A stretch of 64,000 nt of DNA from Patescibacteria group bacterium (GTDB lineage: Bacteria; Patescibacteriota; Patescibacteriia; JACQRZ01): positions 73,240-137,239 of the forward strand of contig JBBTRI010000006.1 of the NCBI GenBank assembly GCA_038065255.1, written 5' to 3'. The position numbers and the translations under genes were made by a program. Shown here in pieces: positions 8,992 through 17,046 of this stretch. The notes under the pieces are model-generated. The model was not told the origin of the DNA, ran no database searches, and saw only the letters and a program-made list of their open reading frames with translations. The first letter of the stretch is position 1. Each line of letters begins with the position of its first letter.

Positions 8992-10728
8992 ATGAATTCC
9001 ATTAATGAACATATCGCAGCGATTTTTGATGAGCTGGCAGTATTGTTTGAGATGGATGGCATTGCGTTTAAGCCTCGGGCATACGAAAAGGCTGCCGAAG
9101 AAATTCGTAACTACCCTGAGAGCCTAGATGTGGTCTATGGGCACAAAGGAAGGAAGGGGCTCGATGAGATTCCCGGGGTTGGAATTGGAATGGCAGAAAA
9201 AATCGAGGAATTTTTCAAAACAAAACACATAGGAGAATACAAGCAATATAAGAAAAAATACCCTATTTGCATTTCTGAACTGCGGTCAGTGGAAGGTGTG
9301 GGGCCGAAACATATTTTGTTAATGTATAAAAAACTCGGCATTGCATCCCTTTGCGATCTTGAACGAGCGATTAGACGACATGAGTTGAGAAACCTGCCTG
9401 GTTTTGGTGAAAAAACGGAAAAACGTATTGCCGAATCAATCTCCTTTCTTTCCAAAGACAGAGGAAGGCGCTTGTTAGGTCATGTACTGCCATTAGCTGA
9501 GCACATAGAGCTCTATTTGCAAGGCTTGCCGGGTGTGAAACATGCGGCAGTTGCCGGATCTATCCGCCGCCGACAGGAAACCATCGGTGATATTGATATA
9601 CTTGTATCAACATCACATCCATCCATGGCACTGGATGCATTTGTTGGTATGAGCGAGGTTGTTTCGGTTGTATCAAGAGGAGAGAAAAAAGCGCATGTGC
9701 GCCTTACCAATGGAATGAATGCGGATTTGTTAGTGGTTGATGATAAAATTTTTGGCGCAGCGTTGCAGTATTTTACTGGCGATAAGCAGCATAATATTCT
9801 TGTGCGCGAACGCGCGTCTAAGCAGGGAATGAAATTGAATGAATATGGACTTTGGAAGGAAAAAAAACGATTGGTTGCAAGGACGGAAAAAGATATCTAC
9901 CGAGCGCTTGGCATGGACTATATCGAACCGGAACTGCGCACTGCAAGCAGTGAACTACAAGCGGCACTAGCGAAAAAATTGCCGCACCTCGTGCCGTATG
10001 GATCCGTGCGCGGAGATCTTCAAACACAAACGGGTTGGACCGACGGATCGGCATCAATCCATGAAATGGCGCAAGCTGCGCTTGACTTGGGTCGTGAATA
10101 TATCGCCGTTACCGATCATACGAAAGCGCTAGCCATGACTGGCGGTCTTAATGAAATAGGATTGGCGCGCCAGGGCAGAGAAATCGATAAAGAAAATATC
10201 TTTTTCAAACAAAAAGGCATTCGCATTCTCAAAAGCGCAGAAGTGAATATTCTCAAAGACGGTTCACTCGATATTACTGATACCGCATTGAAGAAGTTGG
10301 ATGTTGTCGGCATCGCCGTGCACTCGCATTTCAAGCTTTCCCGTTCAGCTATGACCGAGAGGGTTATTCGTGCTATAAAAAATCGGAATGTTGATATTCT
10401 ATTTCATCCCACGGGGCGGCTTATCAATAAACGCCCAGGCTATGAAATCGATATGGAAAAAGTCATACGTGCTGCAAAGGAGTATCATGTTGCGCTTGAG
10501 ATCAATGCCTATCCGGAGAGGAGTGACTTGCGTGATGAGCATGTGCGTCTCGCAGTGAAGCTTGGCGCAAAGATGGTAATTAATAGTGATGCGCATGCAC
10601 CGGAGCATTTGAAATACATTCCTCTTGGCGAAGCGATTGCCCGCCGAGGTTGGGCGGAGAGCAAAGATATCCTTAACACTCAGCCTCTCAAAAAATGCCT
10701 ATCGTATTTTAGAAAATACCGTAGATAG
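8992..10728 (+). CDS. polX: DNA polymerase X family protein with C-terminal PHP phosphoesterase domain
   Basis: HhH motifs (GVGIGMAEKI, GVGPKHILL, GFGEKTEKRI), Pol-beta-like nucleotidyltransferase GDIDILV, C-terminal PHP motifs (AVTDHT, HSHF, INSDAHAPEH); 578 aa. Confidence 0.85.
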   Translation: MNSINEHIAAIFDELAVLFEMDGIAFKPRAYEKAAEEIRNYPESLDVVYGHKGRKGLDEIPGVGIGMAEKIEEFFKTKHIGEYKQYKKKYPICISELRSVEGVGPKHILLMYKKLGIASLCDLERAIRRHELRNLPGFGEKTEKRIAESISFLSKDRGRRLLGHVLPLAEHIELYLQGLPGVKHAAVAGSIRRRQETIGDIDILVSTSHPSMALDAFVGMSEVVSVVSRGEKKAHVRLTNGMNADLLVVDDKIFGAALQYFTGDKQHNILVRERASKQGMKLNEYGLWKEKKRLVARTEKDIYRALGMDYIEPELRTASSELQAALAKKLPHLVPYGSVRGDLQTQTGWTDGSASIHEMAQAALDLGREYIAVTDHTKALAMTGGLNEIGLARQGREIDKENIFFKQKGIRILKSAEVNILKDGSLDITDTALKKLDVVGIAVHSHFKLSRSAMTERVIRAIKNRNVDILFHPTGRLINKRPGYEIDMEKVIRAAKEYHVALEINAYPERSDLRDEHVRLAVKLGAKMVINSDAHAPEHLKYIPLGEAIARRGWAESKDILNTQPLKKCLSYFRKYRR

Positions 10729-10732
10729 GGTA

Positions 10733-10761
10733 TTGACTTTTCTGTTTTATTAGATTAAAAC
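10733..10761 (+). promoter_or_regulatory. Promoter-like element TTGACT-N17-TAAAAC preceded by bulged hairpin 10698-10729
   Basis: -35 TTGACT 10733-10738, 17-nt spacer, TAAAAC 10756-10761; same architecture and similar downstream leader as 12437..12465. Confidence 0.4.
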
Positions 10762-10793
10762 AGATGCATGACCAGTCGTTCTTTTAACATACC

Positions 10794-12395
10794 ATGAAGC
10801 AGTGGATTTCGAACGCATACCTTTGCCATATGGATACGCCGATCGACTATGACGACATCATATTTCTGCCCCATGAATTGTATCAACCGAAAACACTCAA
10901 TCACGAAATGAGAAGAGCATATCGGAATGAGAGGTTAAAAAAGATCATTCCGCGAAGTTGGACATTGGATTGGCAGCATGAAGCCGAAGAAAAGCATCTT
11001 GCTCATCATCGAGTATCTGGCACGCTTATGCGTAATACGAGCTTTTTAAATGAATTACGAGCGGAGTATGCAGGTTTCAGAAGACAGATGCATGCTGAGC
11101 CCTCCTGGATCAATACATTGCCAAAAAAGATACGGGGAGACATACGCAGATATTGGCATGCAGTGGAATACGAAGACCCGGAATGCATTGTCCCGTTTAT
11201 GCCGTTCTCTGATGTGCGATACCTTGTGCGGGAAGGTGGCATCTGCACGCATGCAATCCGTTCATGTGCTCTCTACCGTCTTGGCCATATCAGACAACTC
11301 GGTAATTTACACGATCCGATTGTATTCGAAGAAGGATTTGCGGCACTGGGACAGCGCTTCGGACATACGCGCTACCAGCATGTGCATGATGTATCCGCAT
11401 TGATAACCCTCATGGGATTAAATAACGGCATTGAGCATCGTTTGTTGTCGCACCTGCGCATTTCTGCGCTTATTCACGATGGGCTCACACCCGCTCATGG
11501 GGATGGCACAAAAGCGATTGACCCCGAAAGATTTGATGAAGATGCGTTTATTGCGGCACTTCTTACTGGTGCGGAGTGGGAGGAGTTCAGGGACAGGTAT
11601 GGCATTTCAAAAAGCCTCTTGGTTGATATTGTACAGCATCGCCATAACCTTGGCGTGATGCTCGACTATGCCGATCGCATTGCCTATGTATCACGCGATC
11701 TGGAAGCGTATTTGATGAGGTATCATAAGTACTTGCGTGTCAACAAATCTCGCGATTATCAGATGCTTTTGGAGATTGTGAAGCGTGATCCGCAGGTATG
11801 TTCGCTCTGGGACACGATTCGTCTCGATGCAAGTGGTGCCGTGTATTGCGATAATCCTGAAAAACTTGAGCAGTTTCTCCGGGTGCGCATTTTAATGTTT
11901 CGTGCACTGTACTACAATCCTCATGCACGATTCATGGAGTACTTTGTCAGTCGAGCCATTACAGGAGTATTGTATAAAAAAGGACTTCTGACTCATGAAG
12001 CGCTATTGAGGATGGGAGATTTTGAGCTTGATGGGATCATCGGTAATGTTCTTAATGACCCCTACACTATGGCATTTCCCAGTGATTTTGGTGAAGCACA
12101 TCTCAAGCGTTTTGCGAACCGTGAAGAAGCGGCATGTTTTGAAGCTGATCTCAAACGGCAGGGGATTATAATCACGCTTCTTGATGATGTTGACCGCAAG
12201 ATAAGGTCTGGGACGAAATACAGAGTCAAAAATGCCCGTGGCGATATCGCGGCATTCCACACTCTCTATTCCCATCAGGCGGCAGCTCTTGAGCGCCTCT
12301 GCATCATTCCCAATCCATTTGCAGTTTATTGGATTGAGAACAATGCAGTTACCGAGCGCGTACAGGGATTACTGGAAGATCCAGTAGCGCCATAA
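10794..12395 (+). CDS. HD-domain metal-dependent phosphohydrolase (dGTPase/SAMHD1-like motif arrangement), paralog 1
   Basis: HTRYQHVHDV ... ALIHDGLTPAHGDGTK ... DYADRIAYVSRD (H...HD...H...D pattern); 533 aa; ~40% identical patches to neighbouring gene 12492..14075. Confidence 0.65.
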   Translation: MKQWISNAYLCHMDTPIDYDDIIFLPHELYQPKTLNHEMRRAYRNERLKKIIPRSWTLDWQHEAEEKHLAHHRVSGTLMRNTSFLNELRAEYAGFRRQMHAEPSWINTLPKKIRGDIRRYWHAVEYEDPECIVPFMPFSDVRYLVREGGICTHAIRSCALYRLGHIRQLGNLHDPIVFEEGFAALGQRFGHTRYQHVHDVSALITLMGLNNGIEHRLLSHLRISALIHDGLTPAHGDGTKAIDPERFDEDAFIAALLTGAEWEEFRDRYGISKSLLVDIVQHRHNLGVMLDYADRIAYVSRDLEAYLMRYHKYLRVNKSRDYQMLLEIVKRDPQVCSLWDTIRLDASGAVYCDNPEKLEQFLRVRILMFRALYYNPHARFMEYFVSRAITGVLYKKGLLTHEALLRMGDFELDGIIGNVLNDPYTMAFPSDFGEAHLKRFANREEAACFEADLKRQGIIITLLDDVDRKIRSGTKYRVKNARGDIAAFHTLYSHQAAALERLCIIPNPFAVYWIENNAVTERVQGLLEDPVAP

Positions 12396-12430
12396 CCGAC
12401 CAATAATGTAAAGGGTCGGTTTTTCTTTTT
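12396..12430 (+). terminator. Rho-independent terminator (ACCGACC-loop-GGTCGGT + T-run)
   Basis: 7-bp stem 12396-12402/12414-12420 followed by TTTTTCTTTTTT. Confidence 0.6.
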
Positions 12431-12436
12431 TAAGTA

Positions 12437-12465
12437 TTGACAACTACATCAAAATAGACTAAAAC
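12437..12465 (+). promoter_or_regulatory. Promoter-like element TTGACA-N17-TAAAAC
   Basis: -35 TTGACA 12437-12442, TAAAAC 12460-12465; downstream leader shares catga..gt.gttctttt.aaca with leader of paralog 1. Confidence 0.4.
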
Positions 12466-12491
12466 GATCACATGATTGTTCTTTTGAAAAC

Positions 12492-14075
12492 ATGAAAAAA
12501 GGATATCTTGGAAAATTTTTACGAGATATAGAAGATGACTGGTATGTCGATGACATAGTTTTTTTGCCCGTTCCGCTTCGCAGCGATCTTGAGGTAGAAC
12601 ATGTAGTGCATCAATTCATGATGCAGGACGTTTTTTACGCGAAGGTGCGTCTGTGGAGTAATGACGCTGACTATTTCAATACTCAGAACGCAAAGCACGT
12701 ACTGCAGTCTATCCGATTTGAATATGATGTATATTGTAATAATTACCACGGAGAGCCTGAGTGGATCCCGAGTGCACCACAGCGGTTGAGAGCGGATCTT
12801 CGTTCTAATCGGCGACCCTGCTGGATTGATGAAAATCAGGATATTACTCTTGCGCCATTCCGCTTGCCATATTCAAGTATCCACTACTGTATTAAAGATA
12901 GAGGACTCGCGCATGATATTGAGCGCGCATGCAACCTATGGCGCATAACCGACGTGCGTCAACTTGGGAATCTAAGCGATCCGACCATAGAACAGGGAAG
13001 CCATATTCATCGCTGCGAATTGCGTCATCGCCATACACGCTACATGCATGTTATGGATGTGCATGTAATGCTGTTGTTGATTGCAAAAAACAACGGGATT
13101 TCAGAGAGAGATATTCTCCATTTACGCATTGCTGGCATATTGCATGATGCGCTTACTCCAGCGCATGGGGACACAACAAAACTTGTTGACCCTGAAGCAT
13201 TTGATGAAGATGCCAATGTGAGAACGCTTTTTGTCAGTCAAGAGTGGAAAAATGTTAGAGAAGCCTACAGTCTAGATGAAGATCTTATTGCAGACACCGT
13301 TCAGGGGAAGGGGTTGTTTGGAGAATTACTCGATATAGCAGATAAGCTGTGCTATGTTGCGCGGGACGCATGGGCATTTGTTGAGCGGTGTAGGTCGCTT
13401 CAAGATCACGAGTTGCCGGAAGGTGCGCGGACAATCCTCGGAATTCTTAAAGGATATCCCACTCTCTGTGATCTCTGGGAGACGGTCAGAATTGAACAGG
13501 ATCGACCAGTCTTTACTGATGGAGTTTGGCTTGGCGCATTCCTGCGCTTGCGCACACTTTTGTTTAAGTACTTCTATTTCTCGCCAAATGCACGGTATGT
13601 AGAATATGTCCTTGCGAAAGTTATGATCAATTATCTTTATCGCACGCAGAAATTGAATGCAAAAAAGTTATTGTCCATGAATGATGGTGATGTGGATCGC
13701 ATGATAGGCGAACTTGTAGGAACGCCATGGGTGATGCACCAGCCGGAATCAGTTGGACGTCCATTCAGTGAAGAGTTCAACACCCTTGCTGCCGCTCAAA
13801 AGCGCGAGAAGGAAATTATTGCATCTGGCAATCCACTGACACTCATTGAAGATCTCACTGGCAAATGCAAACCATCAACTAAGTTTCTCGTTTGGACAGA
13901 GGGGGGAAGTGTCGTGCCTTTTCAGGAAGCGCACCAAATGGCAGCAGAACTTATTCGCCAAACGGCAACTATTACGCCACCTATTCAATTGTACTATGTG
14001 CCCGATCCACATATGCGCCACGATACGCTTGTGAAGCTGTTAAAGCATCGCAAGAAGGAGTGCGGTATTTTCTAG
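12492..14075 (+). CDS. HD-domain metal-dependent phosphohydrolase, paralog 2
   Basis: HTRYMHVMDV ... ILHDALTPAHGDTTK...DPEAFDEDA ... LDIADKLCYVARD; 527 aa; N-terminal D.IVFLP motif also shared with paralog 1. Confidence 0.65.
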   Translation: MKKGYLGKFLRDIEDDWYVDDIVFLPVPLRSDLEVEHVVHQFMMQDVFYAKVRLWSNDADYFNTQNAKHVLQSIRFEYDVYCNNYHGEPEWIPSAPQRLRADLRSNRRPCWIDENQDITLAPFRLPYSSIHYCIKDRGLAHDIERACNLWRITDVRQLGNLSDPTIEQGSHIHRCELRHRHTRYMHVMDVHVMLLLIAKNNGISERDILHLRIAGILHDALTPAHGDTTKLVDPEAFDEDANVRTLFVSQEWKNVREAYSLDEDLIADTVQGKGLFGELLDIADKLCYVARDAWAFVERCRSLQDHELPEGARTILGILKGYPTLCDLWETVRIEQDRPVFTDGVWLGAFLRLRTLLFKYFYFSPNARYVEYVLAKVMINYLYRTQKLNAKKLLSMNDGDVDRMIGELVGTPWVMHQPESVGRPFSEEFNTLAAAQKREKEIIASGNPLTLIEDLTGKCKPSTKFLVWTEGGSVVPFQEAHQMAAELIRQTATITPPIQLYYVPDPHMRHDTLVKLLKHRKKECGIF

Positions 14076-14098
14076 ACTCGCAATGCGAGTCTTTTTTC
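14075..14098 (+). terminator. Rho-independent terminator (GACTCG-loop-CGAGTC + T6)
   Basis: Palindrome GACTCGCAATGCGAGTC immediately after stop 14073-14075, then TTTTTTCTT. Confidence 0.6.
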
Positions 14099-14148
14099 TT
14101 AAGCGCGGAATCTTGACTTTTGACACTTTTCGTGCTATCTTCTTTTTC

Positions 14149-14790
14149 ATGTACCTTCCATCATTCGTGACACCTGAGACTGTAGGGGGCGTCGGACTGG
14201 TAGCGCTTGGACTTTGGGGTGGCTGGCAACAATTCAAGCAAGCACAGATCATCTACAAAAAAGGGCATTGCAATGCCATATCAACCGAAGGCATGCTTAT
14301 TCAGCTTTTCATGGGATATGTCACTGTCGTTTACGGATCATTTATCGGAAGCATCCCCATGCTTGTTCATGGCGCTTCTCGCATACTCGGGCTCTATGTA
14401 ATTCTTCGAGGTATTAAGAAATACCGCGGATTCAGTCGGATGCATAGTGCATTGCGGATAGGTATGCACAGTATGATTCTTTCACTACTTTTACTGCCGT
14501 ACAAAGGACAGCTTTATCTTGCTTTTTCGATATTTGCGCTTTGGGGAAGCATTTCGCAAGTTATCGAATTGTGGAATGCAAAGCAGACTGGCGCTCTTGA
14601 TATACGGCTTCAGTGTGTGTATTTTATTAGTGCATCTTTTTGGTTGATCTATGGTCTTGGCATTCATGATACCTTCATTATCGCAATGAGTATGTGCTTC
14701 ATAGTTCTTTTGGTAATGATCATTGGGCTATGGTTTTTCTATTTTTTTCGGGAACGAAAAGTCGCAACCGTTTCCAGTACCTCGCCCTAG
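14149..14790 (+). CDS. Integral membrane protein (about 6 predicted TM helices), function unknown
   Basis: ORF-track start 14083 lies inside the upstream terminator hairpin; in-frame ATG at 14149 (MYLPSFV) chosen; highly hydrophobic segments throughout. Confidence 0.55.
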   Translation: MYLPSFVTPETVGGVGLVALGLWGGWQQFKQAQIIYKKGHCNAISTEGMLIQLFMGYVTVVYGSFIGSIPMLVHGASRILGLYVILRGIKKYRGFSRMHSALRIGMHSMILSLLLLPYKGQLYLAFSIFALWGSISQVIELWNAKQTGALDIRLQCVYFISASFWLIYGLGIHDTFIIAMSMCFIVLLVMIIGLWFFYFFRERKVATVSSTSP

Positions 14791-14812
14791 TAGCGAGGTT
14801 TTTTCTTTTTTT
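14780..14812 (+). terminator. Rho-independent terminator (CCTCGC-loop-GCGAGG + T-run)
   Basis: Stem 14780-14785/14793-14798, followed by TTTTTTCTTTTTTT. Confidence 0.6.
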
Positions 14813-14817
14813 AAGCA

Positions 14818-14845
14818 TTGACAATGAAGATAAATCATGTATAAT
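14818..14845 (+). promoter_or_regulatory. Sigma70-type promoter TTGACA-N16-TATAAT
   Basis: TTGACA 14818-14823, TATAAT 14840-14845; consensus in both boxes; overlaps ORF-track ATG 14837, so true start is likely a downstream Met. Confidence 0.55.
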
Positions 14846-14866
14846 GCCTCAGACTTGAATGACACA

Positions 14867-15403
14867 ATGTCAAATGATGTTGATCTACTGAATCACGTTC
14901 TTTTTATTCTAAAACGTGTTGCCGAACGGGGAGACCTGCTTGTCACTGAAATAGAAATGATTTCATGGCAGAATGAAACAAATGCCGATCTTCGCATGGC
15001 TCTGCACCGCAGATGCACACAGATGCTTGCAGAATTGTTGGCGAACCTTAAGATTCATTTGTTGGGAATTGCAAATCGCGCATTGCGACATGAGGTATCC
15101 AAGATGGTCGGAGAGTTATCCGATGCCGCGAAAGAAGTTCTTGATAATCAAGATGCCACAAGCGCTTCGCACAGATCTCTTTGGATACAAAAAGATTCGC
15201 AAAGGGATGCCCCCTATCGGATCGAAGAAATCATTCAGCATATCGAACGACATATCGAATTAAAAAGAACAGAAGTCATTCCGTGCCCCGAATGTGGCGA
15301 GAAAATGGAACGTTCAGAAGATAGATATACCTGTAGGAAGTGCGGCGGATCTTACGAATACCAACATTGCCCCCACTGCAAGAAAATCATTCGACCCTCC
15401 TGA
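14867..15403 (+). CDS. Hypothetical protein with C-terminal zinc-ribbon (CPEC...CRKC...CPHC)
   Basis: ORF 14837..15403; first ATG overlaps the -10 box so second in-frame Met (MSNDVDLL, 14867) preferred; three CxxC pairs in last 40 aa. Confidence 0.5.
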   Translation: MSNDVDLLNHVLFILKRVAERGDLLVTEIEMISWQNETNADLRMALHRRCTQMLAELLANLKIHLLGIANRALRHEVSKMVGELSDAAKEVLDNQDATSASHRSLWIQKDSQRDAPYRIEEIIQHIERHIELKRTEVIPCPECGEKMERSEDRYTCRKCGGSYEYQHCPHCKKIIRPS

Positions 15404-15419
15404 AGGGTCTTTTTTATTT
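15393..15419 (+). terminator. Rho-independent terminator (GACCCT-loop-AGGGTC + T6)
   Basis: Stem 15393-15398/15405-15410 then TTTTTTATTT; overlaps stop 15401-15403. Confidence 0.6.
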
Positions 15420-15555
15420 GACTGGTTTTTTTGATATGCTATTCTAGTAATGTATGAATATTAAACATAGCTCAAGTTTCTTTTTTGGTTTTTTTGCAAC
15501 CCTGCAGAGAGTGGCGGCTGTTTGATGTCATACATACGATTCAAAACGAACATCA

Positions 15556-15585
15556 CCCCGCCTCCAAGCGGGGTTTTTCTTTTTC
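15556..15585 (+). terminator. Terminator/attenuator-like hairpin (CCCCGC-ctccaa-GCGGGG + T5CT5) in leader of ATP-grasp gene
   Basis: GC stem followed by U-run 15574-15585, 75 nt upstream of ATG 15659; two further hairpins follow (15597-15625, 15628-15643). Confidence 0.45.
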
Positions 15586-15658
15586 GCATCTGATATGGAA
15601 ATCGTTCCGTAAAACGATTTCTCCATCGGCTTCGAAGAAGCCAACCGTTCTTTACAAG

Positions 15659-16960
15659 ATGAAGCAAATGAATACAAATGCTGTTTATATTCACAATGCA
15701 ATGCAAGCGTTGGAAGGATTCACATTTCCCGGTATAGAGGACTATGCATCACGCGCTCTTACAAATCAGGGAGGGATTGCGATCATTGCAAAATCCCCGC
15801 ATATGTCGGAAGAATCAATTCGAACGATCCTGGAATACTATTCATCAATCGGCCTTGGTGTGGATGGAGTGCTATGCCTTCCGGTAGGCGAGGATGGCGA
15901 TCTGTATCCGGGCTTACAGAGTGAAAATGCTTGTAAAGCAATCAATAGCTTTATTGATGAGGGATATAGAATTCAGTTTTTCAATACTCGTGCAGGGATG
16001 GAGGAAGAGGTGATTCGTAAGCTTGGGCTTGATTGGAATAAGAATACAATATCAATCCCCTCGAAACTTGCTGATCTTGGGAATAATAAGGCGCACGTGC
16101 GACGTGTTGCCCAAGATCTGAAGCTTGGCACCCTTTTTCCTCAGCACAGAATTGTTTCCGGATTTCCTGATCTTGTGCGCGCATTTCATGCCATGCGGTC
16201 TGAATATGGGGAAGTAGTTATCAAGCTTCCTGCATGGGCATCGGGTCTGGGAATGGCATTTGGCAATTCCAATGATGTACTCGCAGGCTTTGTGTATGAT
16301 CATAGTAATCGCCTGAACAATGTCATTGTTGAGCGCTCGCTTGGTGCCCACCATGTTTCTATGACTATCGTGAAGCGGTTTGTCGATGGACAAGAAGTTG
16401 ATTCTTGGATCACCAATCAGGATTGTCTTCAACGTGATGGCGCTGTTTCTCATGTTGGTTCCGTTTTGGGCGAACTGCCTTTTGTGACAAGCGAGGATGC
16501 CGCATGGATGCAGTCTGCTACAGCACCGCTATATAAGCATTTCTTGGCTAAGCACCCAACGCTCACAGGAGTGATCAACTGGGACTGTATCAAGGGTGAG
16601 AGCGGTGAGCGCTATGTGCTCGAAGGAAATTTCCGCGTAACATTCTCTACTTATATTCGGTCGATCCAGCTGTCGCTTGCGCATACGCAGAAAAGCCTGC
16701 CGGGTTCTGTGACGTGTATTGTGCAGAAAGTTCATCCGCGAAAAGAAATCACATCATTTGCCCATCTGAAACACGCGCTAGGCACGGCACTGCTTCAAGA
16801 CGCAATGTCTGCCGGTGTCATCCCTATCGTTCTTCCATGTCTTACCCGCAACGGCTATTGCTATTTTGTTGCAGTGGGAGATTCATATGCAGATGCGCTC
16901 TGTGCTCTTGAAGAGTCATTGGAGCGCACATGTAGCCAGAAACGCCTCGTAGTTAGCTAG
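15659..16960 (+). CDS. ATP-grasp family ligase (substrate unknown)
   Basis: Start at ATG 15659 (MKQMNTNAV), because the TTG-initiated N-extension from 15485 runs through a terminator-like hairpin; C-terminal VLEGNFRV matches ATP-grasp E-x-N-x-R Mg-binding motif; 433 aa. Confidence 0.5.
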   Translation: MKQMNTNAVYIHNAMQALEGFTFPGIEDYASRALTNQGGIAIIAKSPHMSEESIRTILEYYSSIGLGVDGVLCLPVGEDGDLYPGLQSENACKAINSFIDEGYRIQFFNTRAGMEEEVIRKLGLDWNKNTISIPSKLADLGNNKAHVRRVAQDLKLGTLFPQHRIVSGFPDLVRAFHAMRSEYGEVVIKLPAWASGLGMAFGNSNDVLAGFVYDHSNRLNNVIVERSLGAHHVSMTIVKRFVDGQEVDSWITNQDCLQRDGAVSHVGSVLGELPFVTSEDAAWMQSATAPLYKHFLAKHPTLTGVINWDCIKGESGERYVLEGNFRVTFSTYIRSIQLSLAHTQKSLPGSVTCIVQKVHPRKEITSFAHLKHALGTALLQDAMSAGVIPIVLPCLTRNGYCYFVAVGDSYADALCALEESLERTCSQKRLVVS

Positions 16961-16978
16961 AGCGTTCTGGCTTTTTAT
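16935..16978 (+). terminator. Terminator hairpin overlapping stop (CCAGAAACG...CGTTCTGG + CTTTTTATTT)
   Basis: Imperfect 8-9 bp stem with 17-nt loop and downstream T-run; followed by TTGACA/TATATC promoter-like 17003-17035. Confidence 0.4.
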
Positions 16979-17046
16979 TTAGGCGAACAGGTAGGAGATT
17001 GACATTCTTTTTCACACGTGATATATCTATGGCATTGTAACTTGAC

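Noticed and set aside
14083-14148. ORF-track start of membrane protein at 14083
   Set aside because: ATG is inside the GACTCGCAATGCGAGTC terminator stem of the upstream gene; in-frame ATG 14149 is downstream of the terminator and promoter-like boxes
15485-15658. TTG-initiated 58-aa N-extension of the ATP-grasp gene
   Set aside because: Non-ATG start, spans a terminator-like hairpin with U-run and two further hairpins; ATG 15659 gives a compact protein
16052-16453. 133-aa minus-strand ORF inside ATP-grasp gene
   Set aside because: Antisense shadow ORF
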